Shown here piece by piece: positions 38,890-48,369 of a DNA stretch of 64,000 nucleotides (within the stretch, counting starts at the first letter, position 1; each line of letters opens with the position of its first letter). Source of the stretch: Bacteriovoracaceae bacterium (GTDB taxonomy: Bacteria; Bdellovibrionota; Bacteriovoracia; Bacteriovoracales; Bacteriovoracaceae); assembly GCA_044356225.1 (NCBI GenBank), contig JBIKWR010000001.1, forward strand, positions 17,244-81,243, in the 5' to 3' direction. The notes under the pieces were generated by a model. The model saw only the letters and a list, made by a program, of their open reading frames with translations. It did no database searches and was not told the DNA's origin. The position numbers were made by a program, and so were the translations under genes.

Positions 38890-39795
38890 ATGCAAAAGAA
38901 GCACCCAATTAAGGCGCAAAAATCGACCTTAAGAACAAGTTCACAGAATCCAAAACGAGAACGATCTCCTTCTAGATATCCGTACAAAGTCATTGCCGAT
39001 TTAAAAAATAAATCGGTTAAAAGAAGCAAGTCTACTGCTGGCCGATTTTCCCATCCCGAGTTTTTAAAACAATGGTTAGCGCAGAATTCATTACGGAGTT
39101 TCTGTTTGGAACACCAACTTAACTTAACTCCAGCAGATTTGATTCCTGCCTTTGTTCATACCAGCTATATCAATGAAAATCAGGTGGAAGACTTGGCCAG
39201 TTATGAACGAGTGGAATTTTTGGGAGATGCGGTGATTGGACTAACGATTGCTGAATATCTTTTCAAAACATTTCCCGCACAAGAAGAAGGTTGGCTTTCA
39301 AAAATGCGTGGATCACTTGTCAATGAAGCAATTTTGGCCCAACTGGCGAAGTACTTAGGCCTCCATCAATGGATCATCGTGGGAAAAGGAGTGGCGGAAA
39401 CCCAAGAGCGCGCGGGGTTGTTAGCGGATTGTTATGAAGCTTTGATTGGAGTCATTTTTCTGCGCAGAGGGGCGAATTTTGCTAAAAAATTTATTCTTAA
39501 AAGTTTTTTTCAGTATGAGCAAATTTCTGGAGAAAAACTTTTTGACTTGGATCGCTTAGCTCAATTTGATCCGAGAACTCAAGTTCAAGAATTATCTTTA
39601 AAAAAATATAAGTCGTTACCAGTTTATAAAACCATTACGCTGAGTGAAGGTGAGAATGAAGGTCAGTATCAAGTCTCCCTTTTGATTAACGATCAGTTAA
39701 TCCATACGACTATAAATGCTTCAAAAAAACGAGCAATAAAAGAATTAGCGGCTTTTGCCTTAGAAAAAAAAGAACAAATATTTACTTTACACTAG
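38890..39795 (+). CDS. rnc: ribonuclease III with basic N-terminal extension
   Basis: Signature ERVEFLGDAVIG and a C-terminal dsRBD (DPRTQVQELSL...SKKRAIKELAAFAL). GAGGA lies 7 nt upstream of ATG 38890, supporting the ~70-aa K/R/S-rich extension. Confidence 0.9.
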   Translation: MQKKHPIKAQKSTLRTSSQNPKRERSPSRYPYKVIADLKNKSVKRSKSTAGRFSHPEFLKQWLAQNSLRSFCLEHQLNLTPADLIPAFVHTSYINENQVEDLASYERVEFLGDAVIGLTIAEYLFKTFPAQEEGWLSKMRGSLVNEAILAQLAKYLGLHQWIIVGKGVAETQERAGLLADCYEALIGVIFLRRGANFAKKFILKSFFQYEQISGEKLFDLDRLAQFDPRTQVQELSLKKYKSLPVYKTITLSEGENEGQYQVSLLINDQLIHTTINASKKRAIKELAAFALEKKEQIFTLH

Positions 39796-39822
39796 AGTGA
39801 ATTTTAGCAAAGAAGGAACAAT

Positions 39823-40971
39823 ATGTTATTAATGAATCAACACCCTCACAATAAAAGTATCATGGTTAGTGTGATTGGGGTGCCCAATGTGGGTAAAAGC
39901 AGTCTCATTAACACCATGATGGGCTTTGATTTTACCATCGTCAGCCCTAAGCCTCAAACCACCAGGAATGCTTACCATGCGGTGGTGACCATCGATCATA
40001 CTGAAATTATTTTTGTTGATACTCCAGGACTTCATAAGGCCAAAAAAGAGTTAAATCGTCGAATGAATGGCCAGGCGATAGAGGGTGGAGAAGAATGTGA
40101 TTTGCAAATAGTTCTTCTCGATGCCACTAAAAATTTGGCCCAGCAGTTAAGCGAACTGAAACAACATTTGCCTGAGAATATTCAAAATGTTTGGATTGTG
40201 GTGAATAAAGTCGACTTAGTGCCGGATTTTTTTGCTTTAAATGATGGGCAAAAAAAAGATTTAATGGTCGCCCTTAAAATGGAGATCAAAACCGCTTCAA
40301 AACTATTTTTGATTTCAGCTAAAACCGAAGAAAATATTCATTTGTTAACCCAGGCGATTTGTGAAGCTGCTCAGCCTGGTCCTCATCTTTATGGAGGAGG
40401 GCAGATGTCGAATAAAAATGAACGATTTTTTGTCGGTGAATACATACGGGAACAGGCTTTTGAAATATTAAAAGACGAACTTCCTTATGAATTAGCGGTG
40501 GTGATTGAAGAATTTAAATACTCTAAAAAAAGAGCAAGAGAAGAACAATCTCATAATCATTTGTCTCATAATCATTTGTCTCATAATCATTTGTCTCATA
40601 ATCATTTGTCTCATAATCATTTGTCTCATAATCATTTGTCCGCGCTTGAAAATAAACAAGCAATGTTAGAATCGGCCCGTGATGATGAAAAACGTGCTGA
40701 AGATCATGGTCGAATTTCTGCGTCGTTGCTGGTTAATCGACCCTCACAAAGAGCGATTGTGGTGGGAAAACAAGGGGCGGTGATCAGGTCCATTGGAATC
40801 GGTGCTCGTCATAAAATCGAAAAGTTTTTAGGGACAAAAGTATTTTTAAATTTACATGTTAAAGTTTCTCCCAAATGGTTTACCAATAATGCCATTTTAG
40901 AAGAGTTGGGATTGCCCAGGGTAAAAGATAGCACTCGTGTTTGGCATAAAAAGGATTATCACCATGTCTAA
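39823..40971 (+). CDS. era: GTPase Era with ~64-aa insertion in the KH domain
   Basis: G1 [10 protein letters not shown]3 DTPG, G4 NKVD and the KH-domain [13 protein letters not shown]. The insertion (about 40522-40713) contains (SHNHL)x6. Confidence 0.9.
   Translation: MLLMNQHPHNKSIMVSVIGVPNVGKSSLINTMMGFDFTIVSPKPQTTRNAYHAVVTIDHTEIIFVDTPGLHKAKKELNRRMNGQAIEGGEECDLQIVLLDATKNLAQQLSELKQHLPENIQNVWIVVNKVDLVPDFFALNDGQKKDLMVALKMEIKTASKLFLISAKTEENIHLLTQAICEAAQPGPHLYGGGQMSNKNERFFVGEYIREQAFEILKDELPYELAVVIEEFKYSKKRAREEQSHNHLSHNHLSHNHLSHNHLSHNHLSHNHLSALENKQAMLESARDDEKRAEDHGRISASLLVNRPSQRAIVVGKQGAVIRSIGIGARHKIEKFLGTKVFLNLHVKVSPKWFTNNAILEELGLPRVKDSTRVWHKKDYHHV
40549..40638 (+). repeat. perfect 15-bp tandem repeat TCTCATAATCATTTG x6 inside era
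   Basis: Six identical head-to-tail copies, counted base by base. They are in frame and encode SHNHL x6. Confidence 0.95.
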
Positions 40972-42643
40972 TCCTTTAGTTATTTCTATTGTTGGCAGGC
41001 CGAATGTTGGAAAAAGTACGCTGTTTAACCGTTTATTAAAGTCTCAACATAAAGCGATTACTTACGATCTTCCGGGAGTGACTCGCGATCGAAATTACGC
41101 TCTTTTTAAAATCGATTATGATTCACGTTTGCCAACTTTTGACGCGATTTTGGTCGATACCGGAGGGTTTTATCCGGAAAAAATTGATGAAGTCAAAGGC
41201 AATGAAGTGTTTTTTGCTCCCATGGTCGAGCATGCTCATGTGGCGATAGCAGAGAGTGACTTAGTTTTAATGGTGGTTGATGTGTTGACAGGTCTTTTGC
41301 CGATGGAAAAAAAGATTTTAAAAGTGATCAAAGATTATAAAAAGCCCTTTCGGCTTATTATTAATAAATACGATAATCCTCACAATATTGGTCTCGAAGC
41401 AGATTTTTATGAACTTGGCCCAGCGCCAGAAGAAATTCTCTGTGTTTCCAGTGCTCATGGCTCTGGCTTTTTAGATTTGGAAGAAAATTTGCACCAATTC
41501 GCACATCAACGAGAGTTGAAGATTGCTGAATCTGGTCGCCAAGATTTGACGGAAAAAGGAATTTTACCTTGTTTCCCGGTGGTGGGTTCATTGGCGATTA
41601 TTGGTACCCCGAATGTGGGAAAATCCACCTTGCTCAATGCGCTTTCGAAGAGTAATCGATCACTTGTTTCGCCGATAGCAGGTACCACAGTGGACTCGAT
41701 CGAGGCCTACGTGCATTTAGATTTTGGTAAAAAGGCCCATTATTTTGCTCAGGCCTGGCAGAAAAATAAAGTGGCCTTAAAACAAGATGCAGAAAATGAT
41801 TACATAGAACCAGAAGAGTTTTTCGTATCAGAGGACCCAGAGATTTTAGCTGAGATGGATTTAAATGCCGAAGATGACTTCGATCTTGGGGCTGCGTTTG
41901 ATCAAGAGGGACAACCGATCAGCGCGGACCTCGACCAGTCGGGGCCTGATCAAGATGGCAAAAGAAGTTTGAAAATTATCGACACCGCCGGTATTCGCCG
42001 AAAATCCTCAGTCAGCGAACAAGTGGAAATTTATTCGGTCTATCATGCTTTAAAATCCATGACCGAGGCGGATGTGGTATTGCTCATGATTGATCCCAAC
42101 AAAGGTTTGACTCATCAAGATCGTCGCTTGTGCCAAATTGCCATTGAAAAAGGCAAATCACTCATATTAGTGGCCAATAAATTAGACTTAATGAAAGATC
42201 AATTTAAGTCTAAAAAACAACAGGAAAATTATTTAACCGAGCTACGCCGCGAGCATAAGTGGTTAGATTTTTGCCAACTGATTTTTATCAGCGCGAAAGA
42301 GTATTTAGGGATTGATTCTTTGGTGGATAGTATCCGGGCAACGGTCATTCAGCGTTACCGAAAAATCAGCACTGGCAAAGTGAATCGTGCACTCCAAGAA
42401 CTGATCTCTCGTCGTCCAATTTATGTTAAAGGTGGAAAGAATAAACCTTTTAAAATTAAGTATTCGACGATGGTGAAAACTTCGCCACCAACTTTTTTAA
42501 TTTATGCCAACAAAGCGCAAAATATCCCCGAGGATTTTAGCCGATTTTTAAAAAATGGTTTGCGTGAACGCTTTCAATTAAAAAATTCTCCAGTTCATCT
42601 TATTTTTAGAACCGGAAAAGACATGGCAACTACTCGTCGATAA
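40964..42643 (+). CDS. der: GTPase Der/EngA (double G domain) with acidic insertion in G-domain 2
   Basis: [17 protein letters not shown] and [17 protein letters not shown], plus a C-terminal KH-like domain. I prefer ATG at 40964 ([11 protein letters not shown]), which overlaps the era stop by 8 nt. Confidence 0.9.
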   Translation: MSNPLVISIVGRPNVGKSTLFNRLLKSQHKAITYDLPGVTRDRNYALFKIDYDSRLPTFDAILVDTGGFYPEKIDEVKGNEVFFAPMVEHAHVAIAESDLVLMVVDVLTGLLPMEKKILKVIKDYKKPFRLIINKYDNPHNIGLEADFYELGPAPEEILCVSSAHGSGFLDLEENLHQFAHQRELKIAESGRQDLTEKGILPCFPVVGSLAIIGTPNVGKSTLLNALSKSNRSLVSPIAGTTVDSIEAYVHLDFGKKAHYFAQAWQKNKVALKQDAENDYIEPEEFFVSEDPEILAEMDLNAEDDFDLGAAFDQEGQPISADLDQSGPDQDGKRSLKIIDTAGIRRKSSVSEQVEIYSVYHALKSMTEADVVLLMIDPNKGLTHQDRRLCQIAIEKGKSLILVANKLDLMKDQFKSKKQQENYLTELRREHKWLDFCQLIFISAKEYLGIDSLVDSIRATVIQRYRKISTGKVNRALQELISRRPIYVKGGKNKPFKIKYSTMVKTSPPTFLIYANKAQNIPEDFSRFLKNGLRERFQLKNSPVHLIFRTGKDMATTRR

Positions 42644-42646
42644 TCA

Positions 42647-43462
42647 TCACCAATTGATGACGTAAGAAACCATGAATGAAACTGCATTGCCGGTGAGATC
42701 TTCAACGTTTTCTTGAGAGCCAGTATTGGTGGTCGATTCGCGAAAAAATTGAGTGTATTTATCAAAGTAGTTAACCACGTGATAAAGAAACTCCACTCCA
42801 ATATAATATTCTTTTAAAACGATCGGAAATTCTAAACCCCCGCCAAAGCCAAATCCCAGACCCCCACCTTGTTGATCGGTGAGATTAGGTTGGTTGATAA
42901 ATTTATTTTTTTGATACCAGTATTCAATTCGACTTGTGAGGTAAGGGTTGGAATAAGTCAAGGCCGTGCCTAAATCGGAAGTATCGATATGGTAGCGCAA
43001 ACCAAAATAAGGTCTGGTCATATTCACTTCCACTAACCCGGGAATTGAACTTCCCGAACCATTCACTGGGCCATTAAAAAGCATATTATGTTTGGAGTGT
43101 TCAATGCCTATTTGGTAACTCACACGAAAATTGAGAAAGTAGCTTAGTTGCAGTGAAAAAGTGGGAGGTTCATTTTGGGTCACCGAACCGCGGTTGCCGG
43201 TAAACCCTGTATTTCCTACGCCAATCGAAAAAGTAAAAAATCGACCATAGCGAAAAAAGCGTTCGTCTTCCATGATTTGAACGGCTTCCACGTCTTCATT
43301 GTAATCGCTAAAAATATCAGCTCCGATATTGAGATCATCATCGTCGATATCGATTAAGTCCGCCCCGGTGACTTGGGCGTTCAGTGGAGTGATCAAGAAA
43401 GTCCCTTGGATAATAAGTAGGCTTAGCAGGGGAATAAAAAATTTAACAGTTGAGTGAATAAT
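42647..43462 (-). CDS. outer-membrane beta-barrel protein; proposed ATT start
   Basis: Beta-strand periodicity and a C-terminal ..SYVINW. The track ORF (TTG 43396) lacks a signal peptide. The frame is open upstream to 43465 and encodes IIHSTVKFFIPLLSLLIIQGTFLITPLNA|QV. GGAG (43472-43469) lies 6 nt before ATT at 43462-43460. Confidence 0.55.
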   Translation of the reverse strand: MIHSTVKFFIPLLSLLIIQGTFLITPLNAQVTGADLIDIDDDDLNIGADIFSDYNEDVEAVQIMEDERFFRYGRFFTFSIGVGNTGFTGNRGSVTQNEPPTFSLQLSYFLNFRVSYQIGIEHSKHNMLFNGPVNGSGSSIPGLVEVNMTRPYFGLRYHIDTSDLGTALTYSNPYLTSRIEYWYQKNKFINQPNLTDQQGGGLGFGFGGGLEFPIVLKEYYIGVEFLYHVVNYFDKYTQFFRESTTNTGSQENVEDLTGNAVSFMVSYVINW

Positions 43463-43473
43463 TTCTTACTCCG

Positions 43474-44046
43474 TTAGAGGTAAAAATGAATTCCGGCAGT
43501 GACGAAATGGTACCCAGCGGTCCGGATAACTGATCGGTCGTAAACGTTATTAAAGCTTATGCCAAATTCAAACGAAAACCCTAAACTTTCTAAACCGACA
43601 AAATTAAATTCCGATCCTAAAGTTAAATCCACTTGGAATCCGGAGTTATCCACAGAATTGACTTTATCGGCCACTAGCGCAAAAAGGGCGGCAGAATAAA
43701 AATGAAGTTGAGGTTCGTCAAAAATATTACGAAAGAATTTAATGCCAGCACCATGTCCGCCCTCATTGTCATCTAATTCCATCGCTACTAAGGCTCCAAT
43801 TCCAAAAGCGCGAGATTTTTGGAGTTTAAAAGATACTGCGGGAATTCCGTTTACGTACTGATTGCTCATGCCAACGCCTAGCCGTCCACGCATATCTCTT
43901 GCCAGTACCGATTGATTTAAAGTGAGATGAGCAAGGAGTAAAAAAAACACCCAAGAGTGAATAGTTTTAACGTTAGAAAAAAATTGAGGATTATGGAGTT
44001 TTAGGGATCTAAATAATCTTAAGCATCTAAGAAAAGTCTTCATCAT
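43474..44046 (-). CDS. small outer-membrane beta-barrel protein (hypothetical)
   Basis: 190 aa with a long signal region ending LNQSVLA. Gly/aromatic-rich alternating strands run to the C-terminal ..GIHFYL. Confidence 0.45.
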   Translation of the reverse strand: MMKTFLRCLRLFRSLKLHNPQFFSNVKTIHSWVFFLLLAHLTLNQSVLARDMRGRLGVGMSNQYVNGIPAVSFKLQKSRAFGIGALVAMELDDNEGGHGAGIKFFRNIFDEPQLHFYSAALFALVADKVNSVDNSGFQVDLTLGSEFNFVGLESLGFSFEFGISFNNVYDRSVIRTAGYHFVTAGIHFYL

Positions 44047-44191
44047 ACGATCATTCCAATTTTAGAGAGGTTGAGGTCTTCATAAAATGATAACGAACCA
44101 TACAGTTTTTGACAACTTAACTTCAGACTCCTAGAATGACTCGTCATCACAACAATCAGAAATGTCAGTCAAACAATAAAAGGATTTCTTT

Positions 44192-44935
44192 ATGAATAAC
44201 CCTCGATCTGGAATTATTTCACCCAAGCTGAAAGAAAAGGCGATCAATCATTCCCATCATTCTAATGATTCAAAAGATGTGCAAGAACTCAATAAAAATC
44301 TCAAAAAAACAGAATTAGGAAAAAGTCTGCTGGCGCACAAAAACTTTATGTTGGCCTCAGTTGTTTTGATCGTCACACTGGCTTTAGGACTAACTTTTTA
44401 CTTTCAAAATTCACAAAAAAAACTTCAAACTCAAGCCAACTTAGTTCATCAATATGAGCAATCAGCATTAAAAGAGTTTCGCGAAAAGAAATTGGAAGTA
44501 GGGCAATTGTTAACCGCCACTGAGCAATTATTGGTGGCCACCCAAAATTTTTCACATACGGGAAAACAGCTTTTACTGGCGGTCACTCATGAGCTCCAAA
44601 ATCAGAATAAAACCCAAGAAGCTTTTGACCTTTTAAATAATTTTAAAGGGAAAGTTGCGAATGATTCAACTTTGGGAATTTTGTTAAGTTTAAAAAAATC
44701 GACCTTAGCAGAAAATTTAGGGAAAAAAACGGAGGCTTTAGAAATATTAAATAAGCTGATTAAAATTAAAGGTGAGTTATTAAAAGATAGAATTTATTTT
44801 GAGTTGGGTCGTTTGCATTGGGAAGCAGGGAATCAGTTAGCGGCAAAAGAAAATTTTAATAAAATTGTTTCAACTTATAATAAAAATGATCAGTTTGTGA
44901 AAATGGCGAAGTATTATTTAAGGCAAGCAGAGTGA
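44192..44935 (+). CDS. membrane-anchored TPR-like protein (YfgM-like position upstream of bamB)
   Basis: A single TM helix (FMLASVVLIVTLALGLTFYF) is followed by helical repeats. It is translationally coupled to bamB (TGATG). The call rests mainly on synteny with E. coli yfgM-bamB-der. Confidence 0.45.
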   Translation: MNNPRSGIISPKLKEKAINHSHHSNDSKDVQELNKNLKKTELGKSLLAHKNFMLASVVLIVTLALGLTFYFQNSQKKLQTQANLVHQYEQSALKEFREKKLEVGQLLTATEQLLVATQNFSHTGKQLLLAVTHELQNQNKTQEAFDLLNNFKGKVANDSTLGILLSLKKSTLAENLGKKTEALEILNKLIKIKGELLKDRIYFELGRLHWEAGNQLAAKENFNKIVSTYNKNDQFVKMAKYYLRQAE

Positions 44936-46176
44936 TGCGGCCGATAGCGACGTCATTGTTTAAGAATCACGCCATTTTTTTATTGATCATGAGTTTTGCT
45001 CTGTCCGCTTGTTCAACCGCCAATAAACTTTTTGAGCAAGTTCGAGGTTCAAAGAAAAGGGCCGACGTTTATACCATTCGTTGGATAAAAAATCTTGATC
45101 CCGTTTATCAATCTGGAAATTTGCCGATCAGTTTATCGGGACCTTTTGGATACGAAGGCCTGGTTTTTGCCGGTGATGGGGATGGACGGATGAACGCCTT
45201 CAATTTGTATAACGGTCGACCAGTTTGGCAATCGTCGTTAAATGAAAGCTTGAAGAAAAAGAAGATTGATAATGCCGATAAGAATATTATTAATGATGAT
45301 CAAAGAAAAATCAGCGATTTTCTTTCCGGAAATCATTCAGGTTTTCATAGCGCTCCTGGAGTTTTTAACAATCGTTTAATCTATGGAAATGCCGATGGAA
45401 GAGTTTATTCACGGGAAGTTCGTTCAGGCAAAGAAGTTTTTGCGGTTGATTTAGGCTCCCCGATAGAAACTGCTCCAACATTTCATCAAGGAAGAGTTCT
45501 TTTTCAATTAAGAAATCACAAGTTAGTAGTTCTCGATAGTGAAACTGGCAAGATTTTGTGGACTTATCAAAGATCTGTTTCATTTAATACATCAGTTCAA
45601 CGGGCCTCGAAACCAGTAGTCTCTGAAAATATTATTTATGTAGGATTTGCCGATGGGTTCGTTGCCGCTTTTGGGTTAGAAGATGGAAGAGTTTTATGGG
45701 AAAGAAAAATCAATAATGGCACAAAATTTATCGATGCAGATTTAACTCCCATGATCGATGCTGAGAATCTCTATGTGGGTTCGGTCGCAGGTCCTTTAAT
45801 GATTCTTGATCCTTTAACTGGAACTGTCAGAAGAACGTTTGATTTTAATGCCTCTCGCACACCACTTCTATTGCCGAAGGATCAGATGGGAGTTGGTACT
45901 TGGGATGGCCAAGTGATTAAAATTGATAAAAGCGGAAATATTATTTTTAGAAGAAAAATCTCTGATTTTCCCATTACCGGATTAATTTTTTGGAAAAATT
46001 CATTAGTGGTTGGAACCGCCAACGGTATGATTCATTTTTTAGAACTAGAAAAACTGTCATCGAAAGCACAATTGGAAATGGGCAGTTTGCATTCGGCACT
46101 CATTTCCAATATGCAAGTCATTGAAGATCATTTGCTGATTCAATCGGCCCGTAATCGACTTTATGTTTTAAAATAA
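44935..46176 (+). CDS. bamB: outer-membrane protein assembly factor BamB (PQQ-like beta-propeller lipoprotein)
   Basis: Lipobox FALSAC. Repeated blade motifs are VFAGDGDGRMNAFNLYNGRPVWQ, VVLDSETGKILWTY, ADGFVAAFGLEDGRVLWE and LMILDPLTGTV. Confidence 0.75.
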   Translation: MRPIATSLFKNHAIFLLIMSFALSACSTANKLFEQVRGSKKRADVYTIRWIKNLDPVYQSGNLPISLSGPFGYEGLVFAGDGDGRMNAFNLYNGRPVWQSSLNESLKKKKIDNADKNIINDDQRKISDFLSGNHSGFHSAPGVFNNRLIYGNADGRVYSREVRSGKEVFAVDLGSPIETAPTFHQGRVLFQLRNHKLVVLDSETGKILWTYQRSVSFNTSVQRASKPVVSENIIYVGFADGFVAAFGLEDGRVLWERKINNGTKFIDADLTPMIDAENLYVGSVAGPLMILDPLTGTVRRTFDFNASRTPLLLPKDQMGVGTWDGQVIKIDKSGNIIFRRKISDFPITGLIFWKNSLVVGTANGMIHFLELEKLSSKAQLEMGSLHSALISNMQVIEDHLLIQSARNRLYVLK

Positions 46177-46201
46177 AGTCATGTGAAGGTGATTTAAGTC
46201 C

Positions 46202-47245
46202 TCAATCGAGGGGATTTGCAATGACCTCGAGATAAGGATTATTGAACTCCACATCCATTCTTTTAAAGACTTCAACGGTATAAACAAAACGGGAATTGTT
46301 TGGAGAAATAGTAGAAGCAGGACTGCGTCCTTGGGAGTTTGGCAACGGTTTGCTCGTCTGGTTTGACTGTAACCCGATCAGTGAGGTCATCAGAGCTTGG
46401 TTACTATAAAGACTGGTCTTTAATAAAGTTGTCATTCCTTCTTTAGATAAAGTGAAAGTCGGGTTTTGCTGAGAATGATTAATCACGTTTATTAAAACAT
46501 AAAGATTATCGCTGTGACCATACTCACAAAGCTCATAGAGTTCATGAGACATTTTTTTTAAATGCGTTTTTATTGCTCGAGTGAGGGCCTCGGGAAAAGT
46601 CTCCACTCCTTTTTTTTGTAAATAGTCACCTAAGAGAAGGTTGGGTTGAGATTCTTCCATCGGAAAAAAAAGAAAAGGCATTTTCCCCCATTGATCACGT
46701 TGCGGCAGAGTCAATGAATTGAATGTAGATAATGCAGAGATGGATTGATCATTTAAAGAGATCACTTCCTGAGAGTCTTTGGTCGTTTTTTGATTCGCTT
46801 TTTCTTTGGTCATGAGCGAATGAAACTGAGGGCAGTTTTGAATTTTAGGTTCCGAAAAATTGACTAATCCATTAAAAAATTCAAATTGATGATGGAGAGT
46901 AAGAAAGTATAAATTTTTATTGGAGTATTGGCTTAGAGCGGTTTTTTGTTGCCCGTTATGAGCTGCAGTATTTGTTACATCGATTGAATCCTCATTAACC
47001 GTTAGCGCTAAAGGTGCTTTATCTTGATTCTTTTTGCTGGGATTTTTAAATGGCGCTTTGAAAGCATTATCAATTTCTGCAATCGCTGGCATTTCAATTT
47101 TTAAGGGAGGATTAACGCGTTTTTTTTCGCTATGAAAACGCGCCATTTTTTCATCGATCGACTCTGCATGATAGCGGTGCGCACATCCAGACATCATGGC
47201 GAGTAAAACTATTTGCAAGTTGAGCACTAAAATTTGAATTTTCAT
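46202..47245 (-). CDS. hypothetical lipoprotein
   Basis: 347 aa with signal peptide and lipobox LLAMMSGC. I recognise no domain. Confidence 0.5.
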   Translation of the reverse strand: MKIQILVLNLQIVLLAMMSGCAHRYHAESIDEKMARFHSEKKRVNPPLKIEMPAIAEIDNAFKAPFKNPSKKNQDKAPLALTVNEDSIDVTNTAAHNGQQKTALSQYSNKNLYFLTLHHQFEFFNGLVNFSEPKIQNCPQFHSLMTKEKANQKTTKDSQEVISLNDQSISALSTFNSLTLPQRDQWGKMPFLFFPMEESQPNLLLGDYLQKKGVETFPEALTRAIKTHLKKMSHELYELCEYGHSDNLYVLINVINHSQQNPTFTLSKEGMTTLLKTSLYSNQALMTSLIGLQSNQTSKPLPNSQGRSPASTISPNNSRFVYTVEVFKRMDVEFNNPYLEVIANPLD

Positions 47246-47387
47246 TTTTTATCCTTTGATCCATCGATTGAAAGGTCATGTGTTAGGATCTCTTCGGAGC
47301 AATAGTCTTTTTGATTAAAGAGAGAAAATTCTGACCATAAAAGAGGAAAAAATTGATGATTCGAGTTCAAATTGATAGATAATAATC

Positions 47388-47852
47388 ATGAAATATTGGC
47401 TGATGAAAACCGAACCGGCAGTTTTTTCCTTAAATGATTTGCAACAGGCAAAAAATCAAGAAAGTCCTTGGGAAGGTGTGCGAAATTATCAAGCGCGAAA
47501 CTTTATGCGAGATCAAATGCAGGTTGGTGATCGGGTGTTATTTTATCACTCCAGTTGTAACATTCCCGGGATTGTCGGATTAGCGCGAGTATCAAAAGCT
47601 GCCGAAAATGATTTGTCAGCGCTCGATTCACAATCGCCGTATTTTGATTCAAAGTCGACCACCGAAAACGTGCGATGGGTACAAGTTTGGGTGAAGTTTG
47701 AAAAAAAATTAAATCCTATGATTTCGTTAGAATTGATAAAGCAGCATCCAAAATTACAAAAAATGTTAGTTGCCAAAAAAGGCCAACGATTATCCATCCA
47801 ACCCGTGCTGAAAGAGCATTTTGAAATTTGTAGTCAGTTGAAAATTGATTAA
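47388..47852 (+). CDS. EVE (PUA-like) domain protein
   Basis: MKYWLMKTEP..FSL.DL...WEGVRNYQARNFMRDQMQVGDRVLFYHS is the typical EVE/thymocyte-nuclear-protein-like N-terminus. Confidence 0.8.
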   Translation: MKYWLMKTEPAVFSLNDLQQAKNQESPWEGVRNYQARNFMRDQMQVGDRVLFYHSSCNIPGIVGLARVSKAAENDLSALDSQSPYFDSKSTTENVRWVQVWVKFEKKLNPMISLELIKQHPKLQKMLVAKKGQRLSIQPVLKEHFEICSQLKID

Positions 47853-47855
47853 AAT

Positions 47856-48242
47856 TTAACTATTTTTAAGGATTCCCTCTATCTTGGCGATCAGATCATC
47901 GTTGGTGAAAGGCTTAACGATAATATTTTTCACTCCTAACGCCACCGCCTCTTTAATCTTATCGCCATCGAGTGTGCCAGAAGAGATAAGAACATGCGTT
48001 TTTTTTAAAAGACCTTTTAAATTCATCGCCTGAAGAACTTCGAGCCCTCCAAGCTTAGGCATACTTAAGTCAAGAATCACTAATCCAAACTCTTGATTGG
48101 ACATTTTGGTTAAAGCATCGGAGCCATTATTAGAACAGATGATCAGTTTAAACTTTTTTAAGTCTGCTAAAAGTTCTTTGACCACATCGAGAATACTTTG
48201 GTTGTCATCGACAATTAAAACACTGAGACCATTATTAGACAT
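47856..48242 (-). CDS. single-domain response regulator (CheY-like receiver)
   Basis: VLIVDDN, the phospho-acceptor context VILDLSMPKLGG, and a conserved T/S and K (IIVKPF). I prefer ATG at 48242 to TTG at 48254. Confidence 0.85.
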   Translation of the reverse strand: MSNNGLSVLIVDDNQSILDVVKELLADLKKFKLIICSNNGSDALTKMSNQEFGLVILDLSMPKLGGLEVLQAMNLKGLLKKTHVLISSGTLDGDKIKEAVALGVKNIIVKPFTNDDLIAKIEGILKNS

Positions 48243-48369
48243 AGCGAGCTCCAAGCGAAACAGTAAAGTTCAACAAATACTTTTCTATTGTAGCGGATAT
48301 AAAAAAAATGTCATTACAGTAAAAATATTCATCAATCTATTTTGAGGGCAAAATTTTCTAAAAACCTAG

